A stretch of DNA of 57,200 nucleotides, counting the filler, from Candidatus Desantisbacteria bacterium CG1_02_49_89 (GTDB lineage: Bacteria > Desantisbacteria > UBA1551), in NCBI GenBank assembly GCA_001871075.1. It is 4 parts of 4 records of this genome, joined end to end, with 100 filler letters (N's around TTAATTAATTAA, not from the genome) between each part and the next. Parts side by side here need not be neighbours in the genome. Positions count along the whole stretch, not along the records: positions 29,719 to 43,288 come from MNUP01000099.1; positions 43,389 to 57,200 come from MNUP01000092.1; 2 more parts are not named here. The stretch is one strand, 5' to 3'. The notes under the pieces are model-generated. The model was not told where the DNA came from and ran no database searches. It saw only the letters and a list, made by a program, of their open reading frames with translations. Of the stretch, positions 40,761 to 50,595 are shown in pieces. The position numbers and the translations under genes are program-made. Position 1 is the stretch's first letter; the number at the start of each line of letters is the position of its first letter.

Positions 40761-42173
40761 CTACTCCACTATTTCTCCCGCCCGTTTCTTTCTTGTTTCT
40801 TCCCTCATTACCTTCCACATTCCGTTGCCGACATCCTCCTCCCATACCTTCTGGAAAAGGTTTTTCACTTCCCTTGAATAATTGTCCAGCTCCTGTTTAA
40901 TTTTAGGGTCATTGATCAGCTTCATCGCATCCTCGTGCGTCGGTTTCGGGTGCGTCTCATTGTAAACATCCCTTATGACATAGGGGTGGTCGATCAGGGT
41001 GCAGGGCAGGTACAGGTTATCATCGTAAGGCTGCCTGTTCTTGAGCGCCTTGAAGAACGGCGACTGCAAAGCGTCGCTCAGCTTTGATGTCTTGATGTTG
41101 TCGGCGGAAAAGTGCGTGAATACGCAGGGCTCGATATCACCCCTGTGGTTGATGTGTATGAACTGCCTTGCCGCGATGCAGCCCCGCACCCAGGGCGCGT
41201 CGTTCCAGAAATCAACTATGAATATCGGCTTTGTATCCCTGATATGGTCACGCCTCATTTTCAGATAAAGCCTCTGCTGCGGCGTGGGCATGTATTCTGT
41301 GGTGGGGTTCTTTCCGACAGGCAGGCAGAGGAAATACCAGCCGATAAGCGCGCCTTTTTCTATCATCAGGTCGATGAACTCGTCGCTTGCTATCTGCTCC
41401 ACGTTATACCTTGTTGAGTAACATGAGTAGCCGAACAAAAGGCCGGCCTCCCTGACCCTGTCCATGGCTGCCATGACCTTTTCAAAAACACCCGGCGCCC
41501 GCCTTTCGTCCGTTTCCTTCTTAAAACCTTCCAGGCTGAACATTATCGCCGCGTTCCCCAGCTTCACCAGTTCTTTTATCTTGGCGTCATCCAGCATTGT
41601 TCCGTTCGTGTAGATCATGAAATAGCAGTCGGGGTTCTGCCCGAGGAACTCCATTAAATGCGTATACATGAAGGGCTCTCCGCCCAGGATCGTGAAGAAA
41701 GAACAGCCCATTTCCTTGCCTTCGTTGACTATTTTCTGCATGGTCCCGAGGTCAAGCTCGTCATCCTTCTGGTAATCAGCGGCGTAGCATCCCTGGCATC
41801 TCAGGTTACATTTCATTGACGGGCTTATAAGGATCGTCATCGGGGGCTGAAAACCCTTCTCCACTTTGAATCGTTCCCTTATTTCGTCGTTTATAAGCAT
41901 GTGGTTCAGCATTAAATTAGTGGCGAACTTATCCCTTACCTTGGGATTAAACTTCCCCAGTATTTTCTTTGCGTATTCCACGCCCGGATGGTTGTTCTCG
42001 AAAGCGTCGCGAACGAACCTGATCCTTGCTTTGTCCACCTCTACCGGGGCTATCCATTCTGCCATTTTTGTAAGGTTTATCAGGTTTTCCCTTGAAGCCT
42101 TTGGCAGGTCCTTCAAGATCTTCTTGATAACCATTCCTTTCACCCAATTGCTGAAACCCTTTCCGATACCCAT
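40761..42173 (-). CDS. Radical SAM protein with C-terminal SPASM/twitch-like region
   Basis: CNLRCQGC, GGEPF, TNGT, GCIAA..HIN..GDIEPC. Confidence 0.9.
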   Translation of the reverse strand: MGIGKGFSNWVKGMVIKKILKDLPKASRENLINLTKMAEWIAPVEVDKARIRFVRDAFENNHPGVEYAKKILGKFNPKVRDKFATNLMLNHMLINDEIRERFKVEKGFQPPMTILISPSMKCNLRCQGCYAADYQKDDELDLGTMQKIVNEGKEMGCSFFTILGGEPFMYTHLMEFLGQNPDCYFMIYTNGTMLDDAKIKELVKLGNAAIMFSLEGFKKETDERRAPGVFEKVMAAMDRVREAGLLFGYSCYSTRYNVEQIASDEFIDLMIEKGALIGWYFLCLPVGKNPTTEYMPTPQQRLYLKMRRDHIRDTKPIFIVDFWNDAPWVRGCIAARQFIHINHRGDIEPCVFTHFSADNIKTSKLSDALQSPFFKALKNRQPYDDNLYLPCTLIDHPYVIRDVYNETHPKPTHEDAMKLINDPKIKQELDNYSREVKNLFQKVWEEDVGNGMWKVMREETRKKRAGEIVE

Positions 42174-42175
42174 AC

Positions 42176-43288
42176 TTATCCTCCTTTGGATAATTGATCT
42201 TTTACTATTTTTTTTGCGTTTTCTATTGCGTCACCTATCCTGGTCTTGTCCTTTCCCTGGGCCTGCGCCCTTACCTGGTCCCCGCCGCCTCCGCCGCCGA
42301 TAACCGCGGCGATCCCTTTCATCACCTCGCCCATGTGAACCTTTTCTTTCAGTTCCTTGCTTGCCCTTCCGACAATTATGACTTTTTCTCCCAGGACCGC
42401 GCCGAAAATGCCGACGGAAGGCCTGAGGTTTTTTTCAATTGATTCATAGAGGTCCGTTAACGCGTCTTGGTCCGCGTGTTCAACCTGCCCTGCAACAATG
42501 TATACACCGTCAACGCTCTCCTTGTTTTCAATAAACTGGGGTACCTTTGACTGGACCATCTGGCCCCGGAGATGTTTTATCTGCGTTTCCAGGGCTTTCC
42601 TGCTATCGCGCAGCTCCTTCACTCCTTCCACTGCTTTATCCGCAGGAAGGTTAAGAATGCCGGAAATATCATGCAGAATGTCGAGCTGTGCCCTCACGCC
42701 AAGGTACGCGGGCAGGCTGCACGCAGCCGTGATCCTTCTGATGCCCTTGGCAACCCCTTCGTGCCCCGTAATTTTTATAAGCCCTATCTCTCCGGTTTTT
42801 CTGACATGGGTCCCGCCGCACAGCTCGCGGCTGATGAAAGGTTCGCCTATGGAAACCATCCTTACGCTGCCTTCCTCGTATTTTTCCTGGAATATGGCAA
42901 GCGCGCCTTTTTCCTTTGCTTCCCGCAGCGTCATGCAGGCCACGCCGACATCCAGGTCTTCGGCTACCCTCCTGTTCACTGTTTCCTCGATCTTATCCAG
43001 TTCGGTTTTGTCTATCACGGGGACGTGCGTGAAATCAAAACGCAGGTATTCAGCAGTAACCAGTGAACCCCTCTGCTCAACGTGCATACCCAGGACCTGG
43101 CGCAGCGCCGCCTGCAGCAGGTGGGTCCCGGTATGGTGCCTTGCTATAAGGCTTCGCCTGAATGCATCGACTTGGGCCGTAACGCAGTCCTCCCTGCTTA
43201 TTTTCCCCTCCAGCACTTTTATCCTGTGTAATCCGGGTTTCTGCGTGTCGATCACGTCCGCTTTTGACGAACCGCCGCTCAAACTGCC
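42176..43288 (-). CDS. alaS: Alanine--tRNA ligase, C-terminal part (5' cut by contig end)
   Basis: HHTGTHLLQAALR, LRFDFTH, ELCGGTHV, GIRRI, GGGGG...AQAQG. Confidence 0.95.
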   Translation of the reverse strand, partial: GSLSGGSSKADVIDTQKPGLHRIKVLEGKISREDCVTAQVDAFRRSLIARHHTGTHLLQAALRQVLGMHVEQRGSLVTAEYLRFDFTHVPVIDKTELDKIEETVNRRVAEDLDVGVACMTLREAKEKGALAIFQEKYEEGSVRMVSIGEPFISRELCGGTHVRKTGEIGLIKITGHEGVAKGIRRITAACSLPAYLGVRAQLDILHDISGILNLPADKAVEGVKELRDSRKALETQIKHLRGQMVQSKVPQFIENKESVDGVYIVAGQVEHADQDALTDLYESIEKNLRPSVGIFGAVLGEKVIIVGRASKELKEKVHMGEVMKGIAAVIGGGGGGDQVRAQAQGKDKTRIGDAIENAKKIVKDQLSKGG

Positions 43289-43388
43289 NNNNNNNNNNNN
43301 NNNNNNNNNNNNNNNNNNNNNNNNNNNNNNNNTTAATTAATTAANNNNNNNNNNNNNNNNNNNNNNNNNNNNNNNNNNNNNNNNNNNN
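43289..43388. other. Artificial contig spacer
   Basis: N-run with TTAATTAATTAA. Confidence 0.97.
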
Positions 43389-43995
43389 TGCTGCTGCCTA
43401 TTTTTGGCTCTGTTCTATTAAACAAACGTTTTATATTAGACCGGTGCCTGATAATAATGAAGAACGCGATAACTACTGAAAGTATCTTTGCTATCGCCGG
43501 ATAGGTAATCGGCCATTCCAGAAAGAAGACAAAAAACGGGAATGCCGCAGACGCTATTATGGACCCAAGCGAGATATATTTCCATATCTTGACAACTACC
43601 GCCCATATCGCGAAACACAGGAGGGCCGGCACAGGCATCAGCGCGAGCGCGACCCCCAGGCTTGTATTGACCCCCTTTCCTCCTTTGAATCCCAGGAATA
43701 TAGTCCAGTTATGCCCCGCGATCACCGCGCAGCCAGCTGCCACGCGCACCCACATTTCATTTTGATCCGGAAAGATAATATAGGCGATAAGGACCGGGGC
43801 GATCCCCTTTACTATATCGAGCACCTGCACGATCCTGCCGGTTTTTTTGCCCAGTACGCGCGCAACGTTGGTTGAACCGATGTTACCGCTGCCTTCCTTG
43901 CGTATGTCTATGCCGCGCATCTTCCCCGCGATATAGCCGAAAGGCACGGCGCCAATAAAATATCCCGCGATTATCACGAGTATGTTCGTAAGCAT
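43389..43995 (-). CDS. plsY: Glycerol-3-phosphate acyltransferase (stop codon lost in gap)
   Basis: GSGNIGSTNV.R, DIVKG, GHNW..F..FKGGKGV, HRSNI.RL. Confidence 0.94.
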
Positions 43996-44163
43996 GTTTT
44001 ACCTCAACAGCAGATAATAAGATTCTATAACCACACGATTACACACGATTTCCACCAGATTTCAGACTAATTTTGCAATTTACAATTTATCCCCGCAGAT
44101 TTCTTATGAAATCTAGACGCTGGGATCCCTTAGGGACAATTTGACTTTTGCAATGAATCTCTA

Positions 44164-44652
44164 TTAAATCTTAACTATTTCGGCTTTTATGTCGGTGCCG
44201 TTTATCTCGAGTATGCCGAACGTGTTGGCGGTGGAAAAGATCGTGTCCGTGGGGCTGCCGGGGTTGAAATACAGCCTGCCGTCGATCACTTCATTTCTTG
44301 GTATGTGCGTGTGGCCGTATACAATGCAGTTCAGTTTTTCCTTCGTAAAATTGGCAGGCACCCTGTGAATAAGGTCCCACGGAATACCGCAGCCGTGCAC
44401 AAGCCCTATCCTGACTTCCCCGGCCTGTATTATTTTCTTTGAAGGCAGCTTTATTTTCAGATCATCCTCATCCATGTTGCCGGCCACCGCTTCGATCTTT
44501 TTCATGCCCGCGAGCATTTCGTAGACCTGCCTGTGGACGAAATCCCCGGCGTGCAGGATAAGGTCAACCTGTTCCAGGCGTTCAACCAGCTTTTTCGGAA
44601 GCTCTTTAGCTCTTGTGGGAATATGAGTATCAGACAGCACCGCTATTATCAT
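44164..44652 (-). CDS. YfcE-like metallophosphoesterase
   Basis: SDTH, HAGD, GNMD, GHTH, NPGS. Confidence 0.9.
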   Translation of the reverse strand: MIIAVLSDTHIPTRAKELPKKLVERLEQVDLILHAGDFVHRQVYEMLAGMKKIEAVAGNMDEDDLKIKLPSKKIIQAGEVRIGLVHGCGIPWDLIHRVPANFTKEKLNCIVYGHTHIPRNEVIDGRLYFNPGSPTDTIFSTANTFGILEINGTDIKAEIVKI

Positions 44653-44802
44653 TCCTTGTCCTCTAAATGTGGGGTTTACTAAAATTATGAATTATGAGTG
44701 ATGAGTTATGAATCAACAGTAAGGTATTATATTTAAATAAAATTCCTTCATTCATAAATCATAATTCATAACTCATAATTGGAGACTCGGCGTTTCAGCG
44801 AT

Positions 44803-45618
44803 CTATTTTTCTTTCCCGAGTCTCAGGCGGGCTTCGGCGAACACCGGCTCAGCGAATTCGCTCGTCCAGGTGCGCTCCTCAAACGACCGCTTCTGCACGG
44901 TGTCCAGAAAACCCTTGAACTGCCCAAAATAAGAACCGTATATATGGAACGAATCCGTTATGTCCGTATAACGCCCTATTTTTGTTTTCTTCCCGGTCTT
45001 TTTCCCGATCTCCCCGGCTATCATCCTCTGCAGGTCTGTAAGAGCGAATATATTCATGAACGCCGCCTTGTACGCGTCCCTGGAGCGCCAGTGCGTGTTC
45101 ATATTGAGCACCGGGCTTCCTTTCTCGTCATCGAGGATCCTGAACCACACCCTCTGCAAACAGGGAGGGTCGTTTGTTGGCGGGTCTGTCGCCGGATTCC
45201 AGGTAATACCCTGCGCCCTGCGGGAATACGGGGTCTTTGAAAGTTTTTCAATTATATAATTTATCTGGTTTATGGCTTTGCCTTCCGCTTCAAAAGCAAA
45301 AAGGCGCTGGTGGTAGGTGTAGGTCCACTTGCCTTCCTGCGGGCAGATCCAGGAATCGTGGACGCCGTCGATCACTTCCTGCCTGTAAACCTCCAGGTCT
45401 TCAAGGCCTGCGGGAAAAGCCCGGTGAATGCGGGGCTCTTTGAACGGGTCTTTGCAGACCATTATCATAGTGCAGTCCCTGGACGCCGGGTCACCCGGCT
45501 TGTCGTATTCTGTTTTTATCTGGGCTCCGTCCTGCCAGGTCTTCAGCACTGCTTTCTCCCACGCTTCAGGCAAAGTTTCGCCTTCTATCATGAATACGGG
45601 AATGTTTCCGTTACTCAT
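44803..45618 (-). CDS. thyA: Thymidylate synthase-family protein (short, archaeal-like type)
   Basis: YTYHQRL, SRRAQGITW, DPPCLQ, RSRD...N, SFHIYG. Confidence 0.78.
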   Translation of the reverse strand: MSNGNIPVFMIEGETLPEAWEKAVLKTWQDGAQIKTEYDKPGDPASRDCTMIMVCKDPFKEPRIHRAFPAGLEDLEVYRQEVIDGVHDSWICPQEGKWTYTYHQRLFAFEAEGKAINQINYIIEKLSKTPYSRRAQGITWNPATDPPTNDPPCLQRVWFRILDDEKGSPVLNMNTHWRSRDAYKAAFMNIFALTDLQRMIAGEIGKKTGKKTKIGRYTDITDSFHIYGSYFGQFKGFLDTVQKRSFEERTWTSEFAEPVFAEARLRLGKEK

Positions 45619-45631
45619 CCTGCCTCCATAT

Positions 45632-45701
45632 AGTGACCAGTGGCCAGTGGTCAGCAATCAACAATCAGTGATCAGTAGTGAGTGAACAGCAGACAGCAAT
45701 C
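45632..45701. repeat. Heptamer tandem array (AGTGRTC-like) downstream of four-helix-bundle gene
   Basis: agtgacc agtggcc agtggtc agcaatc aacaatc agtgatc agtagtg agtgaac agcagac agcaatc. Confidence 0.85.
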
Positions 45702-45724
45702 AATAAATATCGGTCAATATTCGG

Positions 45725-46078
45725 TTACAGTTTTGAAATAAGACCTCTCGTCATTTTTCTCAATTCGGTAATCTTCATATCAAATTTATTTAATTCTTCC
45801 TCTGTTAAATATCCCAAATCCTTCGATATACATAATTGCGTGTCAAGTTCTGCAAGGGAACCCAATGCTATATGGAGAAATTGAATAAATTCTTTTGAGT
45901 GCTGCCTAGCCTGCCCCTCAGCGATATTTGTAGGGATAGAGTTGGCGGACCTAAGAATTTGACTTATTAAAATATATTTTTCAATTTCTGGAAACTTCCT
46001 GATTGCTATATAAACCTCTTTTACAAGGTCTTTTGCTTTATTCCAGATCAATAAATCTTTATAATATTTAACTGTCAT
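45725..46078 (-). CDS. Four-helix-bundle protein (23S rRNA IVS protein-like family)
   Basis: YKDLLIW.KA, FP..EKY.L.SQ..RSA.SIP.NIAEG..R, F..FL.IA.GS.AEL.TQL; AT-rich relative to neighbours. Confidence 0.92.
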   Translation of the reverse strand: MTVKYYKDLLIWNKAKDLVKEVYIAIRKFPEIEKYILISQILRSANSIPTNIAEGQARQHSKEFIQFLHIALGSLAELDTQLCISKDLGYLTEEELNKFDMKITELRKMTRGLISKL

Positions 46079-46083
46079 TTTTT

Positions 46084-46144
46084 ACTCACCACTGACCACT
46101 CACCTTAGATTGCTGATCACTGATCACTCACCACTGACCACTGT
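46084..46144. repeat. Heptamer tandem array upstream of four-helix-bundle gene, inverted relative to 45632-45701
   Basis: actcacc actgacc actcacc ... gctgatc actgatc actcacc actgacc. Confidence 0.85.
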
Positions 46145-46146
46145 TT

Positions 46147-46692
46147 TTAAGTAAGTAAAACCCCCTCAAGCTGCAAGAGCCGTTCTTTCCATCTTATGCC
46201 GAGAGAAAATCCGCCGATCTTCCCGCCCTCCTCTATCACCCTGTGGCAGGGAACAAGAAGCGGCAATAAATTTACTTTAAGCGCCTGGCCCGCTGCCCTG
46301 GCTCCCCTGGGATTCCCTATCTTCCTTGCTATCCAGCGGTATGAACGGGTTTCGCCGTATGGAATGCCCCTGGCGGCGGTGAAAACGGCGCTCTGGAAAG
46401 GGGTGTATCCTGAAAGATCAATGGTATATTCAAGGTCTGCGGGCTTGCCGTTGAAATAACCTGCAAGGTCCTTTTTCAGGTCCGCGAAATGGCCGGGATC
46501 GTCCTCAAGTTCAGCTGACGAAGCCTTGGCGTAGTCAGCCGCATGTTTCTGGATGATCGCCATCACCTCTTCCTTTTCTTCCCGCGGAAGCACGAGAAGG
46601 GAGATACCTTTTTTTGTGGAGCAGACGCCGGCAAATCCCGGCTCTATCTTAAATACCGCGTATTTTATTACCTGCTGCTTCTTTTTTGACAT
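46147..46692 (-). CDS. ogt: Methylated-DNA--protein-cysteine methyltransferase
   Basis: TPFQ..V, IPYGET.SY, ARAAG.A, VPCHRVI. Confidence 0.92.
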   Translation of the reverse strand: MSKKKQQVIKYAVFKIEPGFAGVCSTKKGISLLVLPREEKEEVMAIIQKHAADYAKASSAELEDDPGHFADLKKDLAGYFNGKPADLEYTIDLSGYTPFQSAVFTAARGIPYGETRSYRWIARKIGNPRGARAAGQALKVNLLPLLVPCHRVIEEGGKIGGFSLGIRWKERLLQLEGVLLT

Positions 46693-46880
46693 ATTATTTC
46701 CTCACAAATTTAGCCACGGTTGCGCACGGATTTTTTCCCTTAACCTTTTTAACCTTTAACCCCTTTAACCTTTTTAACCGATAGCAGGGCAAGCCCTGCG
46801 GCTACATCCACCCTTCTAATGGATTGCTTCGTCATTGCATTCCCCGCAATGACAGCATTGTGCGACGAAACGTCGCACCG

Positions 46881-47630
46881 CTACTTAATGGGATCTTTCT
46901 TTGTGAATTCGATGTAACCGAATTCAGCGGGTACGTGATGGTCCCTTGTCGGGGACCAGGCATGGTCTTCAAGCCTGATCTTCCCCCTCCGGTTCCTTTG
47001 GAACCTCCAGATGTTGGCCCTCCACACATCCCCTTCTTTCGGCGGGATATTCGCGGCGCCGAATCCTTCCAGACTTTTGAACGGCATTATTATCATTGCC
47101 ACCCATCCCGCATCCGTATCGTCCCTGAAATTGATGGTGCCGTCGATCCTGGAAACGACCTTCAATCCTTCCATTTCCCATTCCGCGCTTTTCTGCCAAG
47201 GTTCAACCCAGGGAGCGGGCAGGACCAGGTCAATACAGCTGTTCAAAGGGCCCATCTCAACGCCCGGGTAATTTTTTCCGTCGCTGTCAGGGTCCAGGTA
47301 GATCTCAATATTATCCGCTTCCCACACCGGCTCGTCATGCTTGCCTTTATTTGACCAGATATCGTCATCCCCCATCTCGTAAGCGGTATAAAAATTGGTG
47401 TCGTCCCAGCACATCCAGGCGCGCGTTTTGTAAAACGGCTGGGTATATTTGTTAACGATAGTGAAATTGTCTATCGCCTCGATCTTTGTCCACGGGTATT
47501 TATCTATGCGGGCATCTATGTCAGGCGGAGTTTTGACATACCTGCAAACGTACCTTGCGGGCTTTGTCTCCTCACAATATGCGTTTACCGCGACAGACAT
47601 GACTATCAGAACCATAACGGCTGATCTCAT
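46881..47630 (-). CDS. Secreted CBM9-like (DOMON-like) protein
   Basis: Signal peptide; MCWDD..Y, D.IEIYLDPD.DG..Y, IPF, GDVWRAN..R, WSPT..H.P..FG. Confidence 0.82.
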   Translation of the reverse strand: MRSAVMVLIVMSVAVNAYCEETKPARYVCRYVKTPPDIDARIDKYPWTKIEAIDNFTIVNKYTQPFYKTRAWMCWDDTNFYTAYEMGDDDIWSNKGKHDEPVWEADNIEIYLDPDSDGKNYPGVEMGPLNSCIDLVLPAPWVEPWQKSAEWEMEGLKVVSRIDGTINFRDDTDAGWVAMIIMPFKSLEGFGAANIPPKEGDVWRANIWRFQRNRRGKIRLEDHAWSPTRDHHVPAEFGYIEFTKKDPIK

Positions 47631-47859
47631 TTTTTGCCTCGACTGGTTTTGAGTCTAGGAGTCGCCACTGAACCACTCCCCACCGCGAATTATCGGTGGG
47701 TCGGATTCAGGGCCTGGGGTTCTCCGACGTTGCGTCGGAGCTGGAGTTGTGGAGTCAAAGCTGTTACTCCTAGACTCCCACCCGCCAGTAATCGTGGCGG
47801 GAACCCCAAGACTCCAAGGCTCGCTATTTTTCTACGCGAGCCGACTCCATGACTATTTT

Positions 47860-48636
47860 CTACTGGGTCTTATCCGAAAAAGTGACATAGGCGAATTCGC
47901 CCAGATTATGCGGCGCTTTTGTAGGGGACCAGGCGTTCCACTCGACACCCGTCCTTCCTTTTTTCCAATGCTCCGCGCGGTAGCACTGTATCCTCCAGAC
48001 ATCGCCGTTCTTCGGCGGAAGGTTCACGGGCAGCGCAGCCGTGGTCGCGTCAGAAAGGCTTGAGAACGGGATCGCTATCTCACCGGCCCATTTCTCATCC
48101 GTGTCGTCCTTGAAATTAAGGGTCCCGTAAACCCTTGTCGCGTATTTCATGTCGGCTACGTTGAAAACCGCGGCTTCTTTCCAGGGAACCTTCCAGGGAG
48201 CGGGTATTAAAAGATCGAGGCAGTAGTTGAGAGGGCTTATCTCAATTTCCACATAATTCAAACCATCCCCATCAGGATCAATATATATCTCAAAAGCATC
48301 GTCCTCCCAGACATCCAGGTCCTTTTTCGCTCTGTTCCCCATTATATCAGTATCGGCGCATACCCATGCCAGGTAAAGGTTCTCGGCATCCCAGCACATC
48401 CACGAGGTTGTCGCATGACCTGCAGGCTGATATAGCTTCTTGTTGTCCACGCAGATGGTCCAGTCCTTCATCGGCGCGGCTTTCTTCCAGGCCGGGTCGT
48501 CAGGAAGCGCGTCAAGCACTACCGGCTTTTCAGTCCTGTAACAGGTGTATTTCAGCGGGTTCGTGTCCGCCGCGGACAACACCCCTACCCTGCAGAAAAT
48601 GGAAACCGCGAATAAAAACAAAACAATCCTTCTCAT
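47860..48636 (-). CDS. Secreted CBM9-like protein, paralog of 46881-47630
   Basis: Same motifs (WMCWD, EIYIDPDGDG.NY, DLL.PAPW..PW, GT.NF.DDTD, WSPT). Confidence 0.82.
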   Translation of the reverse strand: MRRIVLFLFAVSIFCRVGVLSAADTNPLKYTCYRTEKPVVLDALPDDPAWKKAAPMKDWTICVDNKKLYQPAGHATTSWMCWDAENLYLAWVCADTDIMGNRAKKDLDVWEDDAFEIYIDPDGDGLNYVEIEISPLNYCLDLLIPAPWKVPWKEAAVFNVADMKYATRVYGTLNFKDDTDEKWAGEIAIPFSSLSDATTAALPVNLPPKNGDVWRIQCYRAEHWKKGRTGVEWNAWSPTKAPHNLGEFAYVTFSDKTQ

Positions 48637-48689
48637 AGACCCCCCCCTCACCACAATCCTCTCCCACAAGGGGAGAGGAAGATTATTGA

Positions 48690-50513
48690 CTAAATTTTTA
48701 AAATGGAAAGGAAGGCTTCCTGCGGGATCTCAACCCTGCCTATCTGCTTCATGCGCTTTTTACCTTCCTTCTGCTTCTCCCACAGCTTCCTCTTGCGGGT
48801 AATGTCCCCGCCGTAACATTTGGCTGTAACCATTTTTTTCATCGCGGGTATTGTTTCCCTGGCGATTATCTTCCCGCCTATGGCAACCTGAATAGCGACC
48901 TCGAACATGTGCCGCGGGATGAGTTCCTTCAGTTTCTTGGCAAGCTCCCTGCCGCGGTGCCCGGCGTCTTCCCTGTGCACTATGAAGGAAAGGGCGTCGA
49001 CCTTTTCTGTGGCGACCAGCACGTCTATCTTAACAAGGTCCCCGGCCCTGTAATCTATCAGCTCGTAGTCCATGCTCGCGTACCCGCTGGACGCGGTCTT
49101 GAGCTGGTCGTAGAACTCGAGTATCATCTCGCCCAGCGGCATCTCGTATTCAAGGTAAATATTCATCTCGTCCATATATTTCATGTTCTTGAATATACCG
49201 CGCTTATGCTTCAGTATCAGGTCCATTACGTTGCTGACGTATTTCTGGGGGGAGATCACAAAGATCTTGACAAAAGGCTCTTCTATCCGCTCCACGGAAT
49301 TGCGGTCAGGAAAGCGCGAAGGGCTGTCTATCTCTATCACGCCCTTGCGCGTCGCGACGCGGTATATTACGCTGGGCATGGTCAGGATGAGCTCAAGCCC
49401 GTATTCCCGCTCAAGCCGCTCGTTCACAATATCCATATGAAGCAGGCCGAGGAACCCGCACCTGAAACCGGGCCCCAGCGCGGGTGAGTCTTCCACAGCA
49501 TAAGTAAAAGAAGCATCGTTAAGGCTCAGCTTGTCCAGGGAACGCTTCAGCATTTCAAAATCGCCCTGTCCCACCGGATAGAGGCTGGCAAAAACCATCG
49601 GTTTTATTTTTTTATACCCCGGCAGAGGCGCCAAAGCGGGCCTGCCGTCATTGGTGACCGTGTCGCCTATCTGCACGTCCCTGATGTTCTTTATATTCGC
49701 GATTATGTAACCGACGCGGCCCGCTGAAAGAGAATCGGTTTGTATCATCTTGCGGGGCTCAAAGACCCCGACTTTCGTGACCTCGTATGTTTTATCCGTG
49801 AACATAAACCTTATTTTATCGCCCCTTTTGACCTCCCCGCACATTACTCTTACGTAAACGATCACGCCTTCGTAAGAGCTGAACGAGGAATCGAACACGA
49901 GGCAGGAAAGCGGCTCTGCCAGCGAACCTTTTGGAGGCGGGACTTCCCTGACGATCGCTTCAAGGACCTCCTTTGCACCCTGTCCTGTTTTAGCGCTGGC
50001 CAGGATAATGCTGGATGTTGGATGCTGGATGCCCGAAGATGCTGGATCACTGCCAAGGAGCTGAAGAAGCTGGGCGCGGGTGCGTTCCACCATCGCGTTC
50101 GGAAGGTCTATTTTATTGATGACGGGTATGATCTTAAGCTTGTTCTGCATAGCAAGGTGCGCGTTTGCGATCGTCTGGGCTTCTACCCCCTGGCTTGCGT
50201 CCACAAGGAGCACCGCGCCCTCGCACGCGGCGAGGCTTCTTGAAACCTCGTAACTGAAATCAACGTGGCCCGGCGTGTCTATCAGGTTCAGAATGTAGTC
50301 TTTTCCGTCGTCCGCCTTGTATTTAATGCGCACCGCCTTTGCCTTGATGGTTATGCCCCGCTCCCTTTCCAGGTCCATTGAATCCAGGACCTGGTCCTCC
50401 ATGACCCTCTTGTCAACCGAGCCTGTTATCTCAAGCAGGCGGTCGGCAAGAGTGGATTTACCGTGGTCGATGTGCGCCACTATGCAAAAATTGCGTATCG
50501 GTTCCGTTTCCAT
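48690..50513 (-). CDS. lepA: Elongation factor 4
   Basis: [52 protein letters not shown]. Confidence 0.98.
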   Translation of the reverse strand: METEPIRNFCIVAHIDHGKSTLADRLLEITGSVDKRVMEDQVLDSMDLERERGITIKAKAVRIKYKADDGKDYILNLIDTPGHVDFSYEVSRSLAACEGAVLLVDASQGVEAQTIANAHLAMQNKLKIIPVINKIDLPNAMVERTRAQLLQLLGSDPASSGIQHPTSSIILASAKTGQGAKEVLEAIVREVPPPKGSLAEPLSCLVFDSSFSSYEGVIVYVRVMCGEVKRGDKIRFMFTDKTYEVTKVGVFEPRKMIQTDSLSAGRVGYIIANIKNIRDVQIGDTVTNDGRPALAPLPGYKKIKPMVFASLYPVGQGDFEMLKRSLDKLSLNDASFTYAVEDSPALGPGFRCGFLGLLHMDIVNERLEREYGLELILTMPSVIYRVATRKGVIEIDSPSRFPDRNSVERIEEPFVKIFVISPQKYVSNVMDLILKHKRGIFKNMKYMDEMNIYLEYEMPLGEMILEFYDQLKTASSGYASMDYELIDYRAGDLVKIDVLVATEKVDALSFIVHREDAGHRGRELAKKLKELIPRHMFEVAIQVAIGGKIIARETIPAMKKMVTAKCYGGDITRKRKLWEKQKEGKKRMKQIGRVEIPQEAFLSILKI

Positions 50514-50595
50514 TTATTAAAACATCCTCTAACCACGAATTTGCACGGATTTCCACGAATTTAACTGGCTGAACTGGCATAACTGACTAAACTGG

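Noticed and set aside
45725-46078. Diversity-generating retroelement (Avd-like gene)
   Set aside because: No reverse transcriptase and no TR/VR pair differing at adenines seen in the window.
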